Assembly (NCBI GenBank): GCA_001029735.1
Contig: CP011213.1
Location: 332,288 to 396,287, forward strand
Origin: Berkelbacteria bacterium GW2011_GWE1_39_12
Lineage (GTDB): Bacteria; Patescibacteriota; UBA1384; UBA12157
Reading direction: 5' to 3'
Length of the DNA stretch: 64,000 nt
The notes below the pieces were generated by a model that saw only the letters and a list, made by a program, of their open reading frames with translations, had not been told where the DNA came from and searched no databases. Shown piece by piece: positions 46,782-56,719 of the stretch (position 1 is its first letter; every line of letters begins with the position of its first letter). Made by a program: the position numbers and the translations under genes.

Positions 46782-47807
46782 ATGAAGCGAAATACAATAG
46801 CAGTACTTGGAATGGCACTTCTTCTGGCGTTTTGTACCGTACCAGCACAGGCAGGCGGACCTGGCGACAGCGGCACCTATGTGACCGCTGACGTCTTCAA
46901 CCCCTCGAGTATGAACTTGGACGGCGTAGATAACACATCGACTTTCTTCCCAACCGACATCCTCGGCAACGAGAATTTCAGAGAGAAGACATGTGCCGTC
47001 ATCGGCGTGAATCACGCCAACATCGGTGATGCTGAGTTCGACGGCAACAAAGAAATCGTCGTTTATCAGCCAAATCGCAAGTTTGCCGTTGGCATAGCCC
47101 GTTCATCTGTCGACTCAAGTCGCTGGTCAGTTAACCCTGACAGCACTGGTACGATGGAAACATCGGGCCATTGGATGACTTTTACTAGCGCATATCAAGC
47201 CAGTAAGAAAGTGGCAATCGGTCTGAGCATAACCAGCGGCAAGGCTTATACAGCCACCACTTGGCCAGGCTTTAGCTACATAGATAACGAAACAGATAAC
47301 GTGCATAGTTTCCCTGGCGGAACAGACCGAATGACCATCAAAGATGGCACGAACTTCGTCCTTGGTGCTGACCTAGCCGTCAACTCTGAATTCAACGTCT
47401 TAGCCGCGTGGAACAGCCGTTCCGGCGAACTAAGCATGTCAACCGTCATGGACGACGGTAGTGATCCGGGTTATCCAGGAATGGGCCCGCTATCCTTTAG
47501 CAAAGATTCTATGACGATTGCTGGCAGATACCATAAGGGTAAACTGCAAGCGACCGTCGGTTTCCAAGGGATTCAGAATGACGGGGCCTACATGGAAACC
47601 GACAAGACGATGCGCAGCTTCGCAGGAGTGCATTACCAGTTCAGCAAGAACCTTTCGGTTCGAGCTGGAAGCTGCTCTGGAAGCCGCGACATTGGTGCCC
47701 TCTACAGCGACAATTGCTGGGTCGTCAATGCTGGGTACCTCAATAAGGGCCTCAATACGAGTAACAACAACTCGATGTGGCTCCTGAGCGGAGGTAAGCT
47801 GTTCTAG
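46782..47807 (+). CDS. Secreted beta-strand-rich protein, beta-barrel-like
   Basis: Signal peptide ending AQA; alternating amphipathic strands; C-terminal Phe; promoter 46642-46670; terminator 47833-47866. Confidence 0.6.
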   Translation: MKRNTIAVLGMALLLAFCTVPAQAGGPGDSGTYVTADVFNPSSMNLDGVDNTSTFFPTDILGNENFREKTCAVIGVNHANIGDAEFDGNKEIVVYQPNRKFAVGIARSSVDSSRWSVNPDSTGTMETSGHWMTFTSAYQASKKVAIGLSITSGKAYTATTWPGFSYIDNETDNVHSFPGGTDRMTIKDGTNFVLGADLAVNSEFNVLAAWNSRSGELSMSTVMDDGSDPGYPGMGPLSFSKDSMTIAGRYHKGKLQATVGFQGIQNDGAYMETDKTMRSFAGVHYQFSKNLSVRAGSCSGSRDIGALYSDNCWVVNAGYLNKGLNTSNNNSMWLLSGGKLF

Positions 47808-47930
47808 GAACAGCAAACTAACGAACTTATCGAAAAGGCGGTGGAGATTTCTCCCCCGCCTTTTTTAATACTAAATTTATTTGACTTGTCCAAAAAACCA
47901 GTTCTATACTTTATCTAAGAGCAGACGGAG

Positions 47931-48317
47931 GTGAATATGGAAGCTGTCATAGTTCTAACCCCTCTTTCTTTCGATCAGAGATATGGCATTTTCTACTATA
48001 AGGACAATAATTCCCTGACAATTGTCTTCTCTGGCGATGTAGTACTGAATAGACTCTTTACTCTAGAGCTAAGACCAACAACTATCTTCGTGGACATGCT
48101 TGGAATTAATTTGAGCGATCTAAGAAGAATTACTATTAACACCCAAGCTCTTCCGACGCAAGGCTATGACAAGGTTCTGCCTTTCCTTGGCCTTTTTGCA
48201 GCCTATACCAACAACGCCCTTAACATCGATCTCTTGATCTTGGCTCAGAAATCCCTTTACAATACCGACCGGGGTTTCTCCAAGTTCGATCTTCAGGTTT
48301 TTCCTGAAGGCAGCTAG
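47931..48317 (+). CDS. Hypothetical protein
   Basis: Promoter TTGACT-18-TATACT, GGAGG RBS, terminator 48320-48340. Confidence 0.62.
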   Translation: MNMEAVIVLTPLSFDQRYGIFYYKDNNSLTIVFSGDVVLNRLFTLELRPTTIFVDMLGINLSDLRRITINTQALPTQGYDKVLPFLGLFAAYTNNALNIDLLILAQKSLYNTDRGFSKFDLQVFPEGS

Positions 48318-48413
48318 CTACCCGCCCCCTGGCGGGTTTTATAAATTTAGTATTGACCATTCGGTTATTTTCTGATATAGTTTCGATGCATCAAAAGCAT
48401 AAGGAGGATCAAT

Positions 48414-48743
48414 ATGTATGTGCCCGCAGATGTTATTGGAGTAAGAAGAGAAACCGAAAATGCTCTGAGTAGAGCAAACATTAACCATAAAATCACGATC
48501 GCAAGAAGAGTAACCGTGTATTTTAAGGGCAGCGGCTCAGGATATCTATATGCAAAAAGTGGTTTGGTTGAAAATGTAATGACAGTTGTTCCCAAGCCAG
48601 GATTTGGGGCAGCCTATGTCGTCATCGGCTTTAAGGTAGACGACAAGAAGGCCGAGATGGTTGCCTACTCAACAGGCGAGACCAAATGGTCCTATGCAGA
48701 CAAATCCCTAACCCCCTTCTGGGCCGAACCTGAGAATGAATAA
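48414..48743 (+). CDS. Hypothetical protein
   Basis: Promoter TTGACC-17-TATAGT, AAGGAGG RBS, terminator 48757-48782. Confidence 0.68.
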   Translation: MYVPADVIGVRRETENALSRANINHKITIARRVTVYFKGSGSGYLYAKSGLVENVMTVVPKPGFGAAYVVIGFKVDDKKAEMVAYSTGETKWSYADKSLTPFWAEPENE

Positions 48744-48819
48744 CGATCGATCTCACAACCCACTGATTTTGGTGGGTTTTTTAGTACTAAAAAACCCAGG
48801 ATTTCTCCTGGGTTAACTG

Positions 48820-49446
48820 TTACTTGATAGAATATCCAATCCCGAAACCGACAAAGCCGTTATCACCGAACTTTGTACGAAGTTCCGGAGTAAAGTCCCT
48901 GTAGGACTTAGATGCTCTCAGGTAGGCAGCTTTGTTGTTCGCTGCCAGATCGATGTTTGTGCCCTTCTTGGTTTTGAAACCAATACCTACAAAAGGTTTT
49001 GACCTCTCTTCAAGAGTTAGGAACAAATTGACCTTTCCTTTATACCTGAATCCGAATTGGATTGGTTCTCCTTCAAGAGACGCGATCATACCAATCCCGA
49101 AGTGATTAGCTTCGTAATCGAACATCAAGCTTTCGCCCAATGTCGTATCTGAGCATTCTCGCTTGTAGTTGGCGATGTAACCAGTTTGGAACCGAGAACC
49201 AATTCTTTGAGCAATCGAGAGCTCGTTGGTCACACTCGCCTCATCATCGCAGCCATACCATCCAATAGATGTATTTTTAGCGACTTGCCGGGAAGCGTAA
49301 AACCAAGGATCATTTTCAACTGCCACCTTCAGAAATGTTCCTGAACCAAAAAGGTAGCATGCCGTCAGATCCGCCGGGTTAGCAGCTTGAACTGGAACTG
49401 AGTAAAGCAGCACGATTGCTGCCAAGATCGCAATTATATACCTCAT
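48820..49446 (-). CDS. Secreted beta-strand-rich protein
   Basis: Signal peptide ending VQA; C-terminal FVGFGIGYSIK; AAGGAGG RBS. Confidence 0.65.
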   Translation of the reverse strand: MRYIIAILAAIVLLYSVPVQAANPADLTACYLFGSGTFLKVAVENDPWFYASRQVAKNTSIGWYGCDDEASVTNELSIAQRIGSRFQTGYIANYKRECSDTTLGESLMFDYEANHFGIGMIASLEGEPIQFGFRYKGKVNLFLTLEERSKPFVGIGFKTKKGTNIDLAANNKAAYLRASKSYRDFTPELRTKFGDNGFVGFGIGYSIK

Positions 49447-49500
49447 TTAGTTTCCTCCTTTTGAATGTGTCGGAGGAAATTCCCCCGACTACCTAAATTG

Positions 49501-50721
49501 CTATGCAACCAAGTAATCGGGAAGAGGCACATGAGCGATCTTATTCACTATATCTGGCAGTAAAGCCGACTGATCAGCGTTCGCAAGCCTTCCAACAAGA
49601 GAACAAGATTCAAGTTTAAGCGGTGGGGTTATCCAACCGTGTTGGCTTGTTTCAAATTGCTTTTGCTGACCGCTGCTTAACCAGATCGCTTCTATTGGAC
49701 CCGCCCGACTGGAAATCAAGACTTTCGTCTTTTCCTTCTCTGTCGATGCCTGCGCAGATGAACTAAACCAAGGCAGAATAAACAAACACAGAATTGTCGC
49801 GGCCAAGGCCAAGGCAAAACTATGTTTGAAATTCCCTGTATTTTGGTGACAATACTCTTTGCGCCAAACTTTGTAACCTGTAGAGCCAGCGATCTCATCG
49901 ATCACTTTTTTCTCATGTCTTGAAAGCGGCGCTAGAAGTTTATCTTTTATCCGTCGCAGCTCTGTCTGAACTACTATTTCTCGGATGATATTTCCCGGAT
50001 AGCAGAACAAGCCATAAGGCCAGAAAAGTATCGAGAAAACAAATTTCTTCTTGTCAGCCAGAACTGTCGCCAGAAGTCGTTTCTTCCGTTTCCAGATTCG
50101 AAGCGCATACATCAGCAAACAAACAGGCCAAGTCCGCAAGAAAAGGAACCAGGACCATGTCCACCAGTTGACGCTTTTAAGATGTGCGCCGAGTGTTTCT
50201 GCCCCGGTTTTTGGACCAATGTTGTATTTACTTTTCCATGAGTTGTAGCTCATTTCCTCGGGCCATCGTTGCATTTCCATTTCACGATTGTCTTGGGTGT
50301 TACGAAAACATTGTTCCATCAACGCACCTCTGGTACTAGATGAAACAATGCCACCACCATTCGGACAAATCGGAGTTGGAAACCCTAGTTTCTGATCCAG
50401 ACGGTCAATCTCGCGCAGATCGCTATAAAGCGTTTTGGGCGTGTAATTTCTGCCCAACTTATGCGCTCTTCCTCCGATCTTACTACAGAGCGCGGCCACC
50501 CGGATTCCGGCTTTCTTCTGATACTCATAGTCTTGGCTAGCCTGAGAAAATGTTTTAGGATGCTGCTGCATCTGACAAAACGCCCAAAGCAGCCAAACGA
50601 CAAAGAGCACAAAGCCGATACAATCAAAAACTGTAATGCGGTCGTCCTGTCCGTCATTGTAATAACGCTGATTCGGACGATTTCTCATTCTGCTTAGCGC
50701 CGTGTAATACTCGTGATCCAT
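49501..50721 (-). CDS. Hypothetical membrane protein
   Basis: 406-aa ORF with several TM segments; GAGGGGG RBS. Confidence 0.7.
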   Translation of the reverse strand: MDHEYYTALSRMRNRPNQRYYNDGQDDRITVFDCIGFVLFVVWLLWAFCQMQQHPKTFSQASQDYEYQKKAGIRVAALCSKIGGRAHKLGRNYTPKTLYSDLREIDRLDQKLGFPTPICPNGGGIVSSSTRGALMEQCFRNTQDNREMEMQRWPEEMSYNSWKSKYNIGPKTGAETLGAHLKSVNWWTWSWFLFLRTWPVCLLMYALRIWKRKKRLLATVLADKKKFVFSILFWPYGLFCYPGNIIREIVVQTELRRIKDKLLAPLSRHEKKVIDEIAGSTGYKVWRKEYCHQNTGNFKHSFALALAATILCLFILPWFSSSAQASTEKEKTKVLISSRAGPIEAIWLSSGQQKQFETSQHGWITPPLKLESCSLVGRLANADQSALLPDIVNKIAHVPLPDYLVA

Positions 50722-50861
50722 TCATTTCACCCCCTCTTTTGGCTAGTTGCCAGATTCAATTGTTAAATTTCATCGCATAGTACGAACAGGTGAGAATACT
50801 ACCAATAAAGCAAAAAGTCAAGATACTAAAAACCCCGAGATTTCTCTCGGGGCAAATAGAT

Positions 50862-51047
50862 CTACCAGTTGGCCCTCTCATCCCAGAACCCAACGTGTTT
50901 CGGCCATCGGTACGGATCACGAGGATCATCTTCCCAATTCGCCTCAGTAGCCCAATGCCCACGATGAGGTTGATGACCATCGGGGTAATCCTGTTCTTTA
51001 TACTCTATATAATCATCTTCTTTAATTACATCCTCGTTCTCAGCCAT
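50862..51047 (-). CDS. Small acidic hypothetical protein (start MAENED)
   Basis: AAGGAGG upstream of ATG near 51047, directly after ORF 51067..51507. Confidence 0.45.
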   Translation of the reverse strand: MAENEDVIKEDDYIEYKEQDYPDGHQPHRGHWATEANWEDDPRDPYRWPKHVGFWDERANW

Positions 51048-51066
51048 ATCAACTACCTTTTCCTCC

Positions 51067-51507
51067 TTATTTTTTTGAAACCTTAAACTTTTCTGTTTCC
51101 CAGTCTTTGAGAATTCCAGCATGCTCTATTCGCTTATAGGCAGGTCTAAACTTTATATTGTCCCCCTTGTCGATGACTTTGAAATATGCGGTACACTTTA
51201 AAACGCATTTTTCCTCTTCAGTGAAACCAGGAACAAGAATATCCCAGTGATATTCAGCGGCGGTTGGAATGCTTTCTTTTTCATTTTCAACACAATACAC
51301 CCGGACGGATTGTTTTGAACTAACTCCACAAACCGCTTGGTGATCGGGATCATAGTCTGCAACCACAAGGCAATACTGGTCCGCAGAATAACCAAACCGA
51401 GTCCCAATAAAACCGATTTCCATTTCTTGGCCCATGATTGCAAACAATTCAATTACCACCTTCAAAGCGAGTCTCTCGTTTTTATTGAAATAATGGTTGT
51501 CAAACAT
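51067..51507 (-). CDS. Hypothetical protein
   Basis: AAGGAGG RBS; divergent from TrmB gene. Confidence 0.65.
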   Translation of the reverse strand: MFDNHYFNKNERLALKVVIELFAIMGQEMEIGFIGTRFGYSADQYCLVVADYDPDHQAVCGVSSKQSVRVYCVENEKESIPTAAEYHWDILVPGFTEEEKCVLKCTAYFKVIDKGDNIKFRPAYKRIEHAGILKDWETEKFKVSKK

Positions 51508-51577
51508 AATCCCTCCTTTTGATTGTTAATATCCGCCCTCTCGCGAACAGATGATGGTATCATAAGACTGTTATTTA

Positions 51578-51657
51578 GTCCTATTTTTTGACATATTGAT
51601 ATATACAATAGAGTTTGTTATCTTATATTTAAATAATGTTGTCCATTTTTTGGACAA
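51578..51657. promoter_or_regulatory. Two GTC-N9-GAC palindromes, probable TrmB operators
   Basis: GTCCTATTTTTTGAC and TTGTCCATTTTTTGGACAA upstream of the TrmB gene. Confidence 0.5.
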
Positions 51658-51667
51658 AAGGAGTTAG

Positions 51668-52369
51668 ATGGATATTAAAATCGAGGGTTTAGACGAAGAG
51701 GAATTCCATGTCTATAAAGCCTTACTTTCCCTAAAAAGAGGGACTGTTTTGCAATTAGCAGCCATTTCCGGCGAAAAGCGAAGCAATCTTTACCGAATCT
51801 TGGACAATTTGATGGCCAAACGTCTGGTCAGCGAAATTTATGAGGGCAAAAAACACTTTTATATCGCCGAATCGCCAAAAGTTTTGATGGATTTTATTAA
51901 TCAGCAAAAAGAGCGAATATCAGAGATAATTCCCGAGCTTGAGACAATCGAAAAAGAAGCGCTCGAGCGGCCAAAAATTAAGTTTTATGAGGGAAAAAAC
52001 GGCATCAAAAATCTTTATGACGAACTAATTATGCCAAACCAGGAAATTCTCGCCTTTGCCTGGCCGGATAAACTACTGGATAAGATTGATTTTCACAATG
52101 AATTTGTCAAAACCCGCTTAAAACATAATATGCCAGTCAGAGCAATTTACCCTGACAACAGGGCGGCCCGCTTAAGAAATACGGGCTTAAAAGAATCCAA
52201 ATATTCTAAAAAATTGCCAGCTTTTGACGCCACCATGCTAATTTCAGGCAATAAAGTAGTTTTATTTTCCATGAAAAACTGGATTACAGGAGTACTGATC
52301 GACAACAAAGAAATCGCCGACTGCCTAAAAGCTTTGTTTGACGGATATTGGGGCGAATTAAAAAAATAA
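51668..52369 (+). CDS. TrmB-family transcriptional regulator
   Basis: GLDEEEFHVYKALL, RSNLYRILDNL HTH, PKIKFYEGKNGI. Confidence 0.88.
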   Translation: MDIKIEGLDEEEFHVYKALLSLKRGTVLQLAAISGEKRSNLYRILDNLMAKRLVSEIYEGKKHFYIAESPKVLMDFINQQKERISEIIPELETIEKEALERPKIKFYEGKNGIKNLYDELIMPNQEILAFAWPDKLLDKIDFHNEFVKTRLKHNMPVRAIYPDNRAARLRNTGLKESKYSKKLPAFDATMLISGNKVVLFSMKNWITGVLIDNKEIADCLKALFDGYWGELKK

Positions 52370-52435
52370 CAATAATTCACAACTTGCCATTATTTTTCTA
52401 TCTACAAGGCTCTATGATCCACTAGAAAGCGCTTT

Positions 52436-53128
52436 CTAGCCTCTTGCCACAACCAGTCCCCAAACTTCTTTTACACCCGCATTTTTGAGCACTTTGGCGC
52501 ACTCGTTTAACGTCGCGCCAGTGGTTGTGACATCGTCAACTATTAAGATCCTTTTGCCTTTCAGACTTTCGGCTTTATGGACTTTAAAGACTCCCTCCAG
52601 ATTAGTCCTTCTCTTTTTGCCGGATAATCCGACCTGTCTTTTGGTATATCTAGTTTTTACCAGTAATTCCTCGGAGGGTATCTTAATATTCTTTGATACC
52701 TCTTGGGCTAGTATTTCTGCTTGATTGAATCCCCTTTCTGCCAGTCGTTGATGATGTAAGGGGGCAAAAGTTATGACGTCGATTTTCAGATCAGCAGGCA
52801 AAGCATTCACCATAATTTTAGCCAGGTTTTTCTTTAGTTCCAATGCATGATTATATTTGAAATTATGAATCATTTCCTTGATTGGCCCTTCTTCAAAATA
52901 GGCGCCAACCAAAACGCCATTTATTTCGAAATTTTTCGCACATTTTTGACAAATTTTTCCATTTTTATTTAATCTTAAACAACTGGGGCAAACTTGCTCA
53001 CCAATTTTTATAATATTTTTTTCGCATTTTTTACATAATAAAAAACCCTCAGTATTACAGCCAACACAAAACTGAGGGAAAAATAGATCTAAAAACAATT
53101 TTTTTATTTTAGCAAGCGACTTTTTCAT
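52436..53128 (-). CDS. comF: ComF-family competence protein (zinc ribbon + phosphoribosyltransferase)
   Basis: FPQFCVGC, RGFNQAE, LIVDDVTTTGATL, VVARG. Confidence 0.92.
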   Translation of the reverse strand: MKKSLAKIKKLFLDLFFPQFCVGCNTEGFLLCKKCEKNIIKIGEQVCPSCLRLNKNGKICQKCAKNFEINGVLVGAYFEEGPIKEMIHNFKYNHALELKKNLAKIMVNALPADLKIDVITFAPLHHQRLAERGFNQAEILAQEVSKNIKIPSEELLVKTRYTKRQVGLSGKKRRTNLEGVFKVHKAESLKGKRILIVDDVTTTGATLNECAKVLKNAGVKEVWGLVVARG

Positions 53129-53138
53129 CGAATCTTTT

Positions 53139-54728
53139 TCAGCGAATCTTGTGAATCGACGCACTATCCTCAAAAGTTTTAACGTTTTGACTTTCTTCCT
53201 CTAAACTTTCAATCACTTTTTTATAGTTTAGATAGTTAGCGTAAGCCGGATATGCCGATGGATCAGTATTACCAGGCGGATTAACGTCATCTAGAACATA
53301 AGAAATATTTTTATATTTTAGCTGAACATCTTTAATTAAATTTTGATAATTCTTTTGTATTTTCTTATCATCTTGATGCTTTCGATAGTTCTCAACCACT
53401 AAAATCTGCTCTTCTGTCAATTTCAGAGGTGTCATCCTTATATTGGTAGTTTTAACAGGTAAAAACAAGTTTGCGGCCGGATTATAAAGAATTGGAGCAT
53501 CTTTGGCGATATTTGAATCTATATAATCAACCTTAGCTTGATCTACCGGCCAGAACCAAATATGGTTGGTAAAAGTATTAGGAATTTCATTAAAACCATT
53601 GAAAATGACCGAGTTAATGATAACCAAATAACCAATCAAGCCAAAAACGAATATTTGTCCAAGGCGAATTCTATTAAGGTTTAATTCGAAGACATAGCGC
53701 CAAAGAAATGCAAGGGAAACAGTCAGCGGTAAGGCTAACTCTCTGGCAAATCGTCCAGGTACACTTGATTCGTTCAGCCTAGACATGACATAAAAAAATA
53801 TCAGCCAAATAATTACCAATTGTTTGGCTTTTTTATCTGTTTTTGTCGAAAAATTCGTCATTAAAAGATATATAAATCCAGCCAAACCAAAACACCAAAC
53901 CAAATTTCCTGCAAACGACGGATAATCATTATAGTCCGGAAGAATATTTAAGTAGTTATTCTTTAGAAACGGCGCATTTGTGAAAAACCCAATAATAAAA
54001 TTGGAAACCATGCCGCCGTATAGCAACTCAGACAAAAAGTATCCGGCGATTAAGAGAACCAAAAATATTCCGGTGCTCAAAACGACTTTGAGCGAAAGCT
54101 TTATTTTGCATGTAAAAATCTTTTGATAGAGCTGTATCAAGCCAAACACAAGTAAAATACTTAGAACATTAAAAAAAGTGAAATGGTGAGTCAAGGCAAT
54201 AAGCAATAGAAATAATCCCGACCAGACAAGGTTCAATTTTTTATTGGTTTTAAAATAACGGATTAAGAAGGCGAAAAGCATGACGGCAAAAAAACCGTAA
54301 GCCAGCATATCCGGGTAATTGCCGTCGATAAAACCATACAGGGGATATCCTGAGCTTAGGAGTAAAACAAAAGAGGTTAAAACGGAAACTTTCAAACTGA
54401 AAATTTGGCGCAACAAGAAAAACATGGCAAGCGTCGGTAGAATAATTAAGATTGGAGTTAAATTGGTTAAAACCCACCATATATCTCGATGAAAAAGCTT
54501 GCTAATGCCTATTACAATCAAATGAAAACCGGCAGGATAGGCGGAAAGATTAACTTTTCCGGCCACCATAACTGTTTTAATTAAATTATAATGACCGACA
54601 ACATCGTTTCCCGGAGGTACCAAAAAATGACGATGCCAATAAACATAGTAAATAATAAATATTTGAAGACTTAAGGCTAATAGCCCAATCCCAATCCAAA
54701 AATAGCGATAGAGTTTTGATCCTTGCAT
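53139..54728 (-). CDS. Multi-pass membrane protein, GT-C-like
   Basis: PPGNDVVGH, YPAGFH, GNYPD, LTHH motifs; many TMs. Confidence 0.62.
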   Translation of the reverse strand: MQGSKLYRYFWIGIGLLALSLQIFIIYYVYWHRHFLVPPGNDVVGHYNLIKTVMVAGKVNLSAYPAGFHLIVIGISKLFHRDIWWVLTNLTPILIILPTLAMFFLLRQIFSLKVSVLTSFVLLLSSGYPLYGFIDGNYPDMLAYGFFAVMLFAFLIRYFKTNKKLNLVWSGLFLLLIALTHHFTFFNVLSILLVFGLIQLYQKIFTCKIKLSLKVVLSTGIFLVLLIAGYFLSELLYGGMVSNFIIGFFTNAPFLKNNYLNILPDYNDYPSFAGNLVWCFGLAGFIYLLMTNFSTKTDKKAKQLVIIWLIFFYVMSRLNESSVPGRFARELALPLTVSLAFLWRYVFELNLNRIRLGQIFVFGLIGYLVIINSVIFNGFNEIPNTFTNHIWFWPVDQAKVDYIDSNIAKDAPILYNPAANLFLPVKTTNIRMTPLKLTEEQILVVENYRKHQDDKKIQKNYQNLIKDVQLKYKNISYVLDDVNPPGNTDPSAYPAYANYLNYKKVIESLEEESQNVKTFEDSASIHKIR

Positions 54729-54762
54729 TAATAACCCCTTAGATAACAAATTTCCCAATAAC

Positions 54763-56208
54763 TTAGAGGACCGTAATATCCCAATAAATTCCAATGTCAT
54801 TTAACCAGGCAATACCATCGACAACCGGACGGAAATATTCTTTATAAGTACCTGGTACCATGTTGCTTGGAGCGGCCATCGTGAATCGAAATGTTGCAGT
54901 TTCACCTGGAGCAACGGAACTTTCCAACATGGTAATACGATTTGGCGATGACCAATTTTCTCTTCTGACAAAGCCGGTAATGCGATCTCTGCCTCTGTCG
55001 GTGCCTAAATGCATACTGGAATCCCAAGTGGCCGTGCCAGTATTTTTGATTTTTAAATTAAGATAAGCTGTTTCATTACGATTGACTGCAGGATAAGCAC
55101 TCTGAGAAACAAAGCTATATTGATATCGATTTGGGACTTGAACAACCGGAGCATTTGCAATATTAATATCCCAATAAATTCCAAGGTCATTCATCCAAGC
55201 AATCCCATCAACCACGGGTCGGAAGTATTCTCGGTAGGTTCCTGGAGCCATATTACTTGGAGCGGCCATCGTGAATCGAAATGTTGCAGTTTCACCTGGA
55301 GCAACGGAACTTTCCAACATCGTGATTCTATTAGCTGATGACCAAGTGTTTCCCCTAATGAAACCTGGGACACGATCTCTGCCTCTGTCGGTGCCTAAAT
55401 GCATACTGGAAGTCCAAGTGGCCGAACCGGTGTTTCTGACCGTTAAGTTAAAATAAGCCGTTTCATTTTGACGGATCGTCGGATAAGCGCTTTGTGAGAC
55501 AAAACTATACTGATAGATTGTGCTCCAAAGATTAAAATAAGTAGTAAAGTTTTGTCCTAAGTGAGGAGTATATCTATAAAGAGAAGCTGTAGCTCGGTTA
55601 GAGTATGTCACGCTTTGACCATCGATCGTAGCTGTCTGTCCAACCTGATAATCGGAAAAACCATGTCCTTGAGCTCTTTCGTAGTTGTACCTTAACTGCC
55701 AAGCAGCGTTTTCTATTTGCTTAGTAAAACCAACATAAGCGTCATTACAACCGCCGCCATCTGGACAACCGTAACCCATGGCCGCGTTCAAAGCTGATTG
55801 ATTTAAAGTTACAGAAGCTCCACCTGTAACCAAACCTTGCTCTTTTTGTAATGTAGCTAAAATAGCAACCGGATTAATAGTTCCGGTTGAAGAATTGATA
55901 TCAATTCCATTTAGCGCGCCAGAGGCATCGCCATAACCATGAGCGGCGTCATAAACTATTCGAGCGGCCGAGCGGCCATTTTCCGAATAAGTTTTTAGAA
56001 AAGTTCCGGTCGTGTTAAAAAGATCCTGTATACCAGCGGCGCTAATCCCTTCAACATTAATAAAAGCTGCATCTGCCACAAGATTATTGGGATCGAAACT
56101 AGCTTTGGCTGTTTGATTTTGCGAAAGAGGAGCACCAAAATAAAAGGTGGTAAAAATCAGTGTGACCAATAGAACAATATGGACAATTTTTTTCAAAAAC
56201 CCCTCCAT
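54763..56208 (-). CDS. Secreted cell-surface protein with two NBR1-like Ig domains
   Basis: Signal peptide; INPVAILATLQKEQG, GYGCPD, ATASLYRYTPH; two repeats with NTGxATW, VAPGETATFRF, PGTYxEYF. Confidence 0.78.
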   Translation of the reverse strand: MEGFLKKIVHIVLLVTLIFTTFYFGAPLSQNQTAKASFDPNNLVADAAFINVEGISAAGIQDLFNTTGTFLKTYSENGRSAARIVYDAAHGYGDASGALNGIDINSSTGTINPVAILATLQKEQGLVTGGASVTLNQSALNAAMGYGCPDGGGCNDAYVGFTKQIENAAWQLRYNYERAQGHGFSDYQVGQTATIDGQSVTYSNRATASLYRYTPHLGQNFTTYFNLWSTIYQYSFVSQSAYPTIRQNETAYFNLTVRNTGSATWTSSMHLGTDRGRDRVPGFIRGNTWSSANRITMLESSVAPGETATFRFTMAAPSNMAPGTYREYFRPVVDGIAWMNDLGIYWDINIANAPVVQVPNRYQYSFVSQSAYPAVNRNETAYLNLKIKNTGTATWDSSMHLGTDRGRDRITGFVRRENWSSPNRITMLESSVAPGETATFRFTMAAPSNMVPGTYKEYFRPVVDGIAWLNDIGIYWDITVL

Positions 56209-56321
56209 TATTAAAACCGCTAAGTTATTTAATTTTATCAATTTATGTCTTATTGTCAAATCAAATCATTGTTGCCAACGTTGTCTAATTGTAATATTAT
56301 AAATTCAAGGAGGCAAATAAA

Positions 56322-56717
56322 ATGGATAATTCAATTCTCAATAACTCCAATCAAGATTGGATGGAAGACTATGAGGGTCAATTGGCCATCGATGTTTTTC
56401 AAACCGCGGAAGATATCGTTCTAAAGGCACCGATCGCCGGTGTGAAACCCGAGGATTTAGAAATTTCGATTACAGATGAAATTATTAATATCAAAGGTGA
56501 GCGCAAAGAAACTGCAGACGGAACAGCGGAAATAACTCGTGATAATTTTTTTGCTCAAGAATGCTATTGGGGTAGTTTCAGTCGCTCGTATGTTTTGCCC
56601 ATTGCCGTTAATTCAGAAAAGGCAACTGCTTCACTGAAAAATGGGATTCTAACTATTCGTATTCCAAAACTGGAAAAAACAAAAACTAAAACCATCGAGA
56701 TCAAAACGGAAGATTAA
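56322..56717 (+). CDS. Hsp20/alpha-crystallin small heat-shock protein
   Basis: IDVFQT, IAGVKPEDLEI, ECYWGSFSRS, LKNGILTIRIPK. Confidence 0.93.
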   Translation: MDNSILNNSNQDWMEDYEGQLAIDVFQTAEDIVLKAPIAGVKPEDLEISITDEIINIKGERKETADGTAEITRDNFFAQECYWGSFSRSYVLPIAVNSEKATASLKNGILTIRIPKLEKTKTKTIEIKTED

Positions 56718-56719
56718 TT

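Noticed and set aside
41000-52000. Prophage, integron or IS element explaining the accessory region
   Set aside because: No integrase, transposase, terminase, capsid gene or attC-like site recognised
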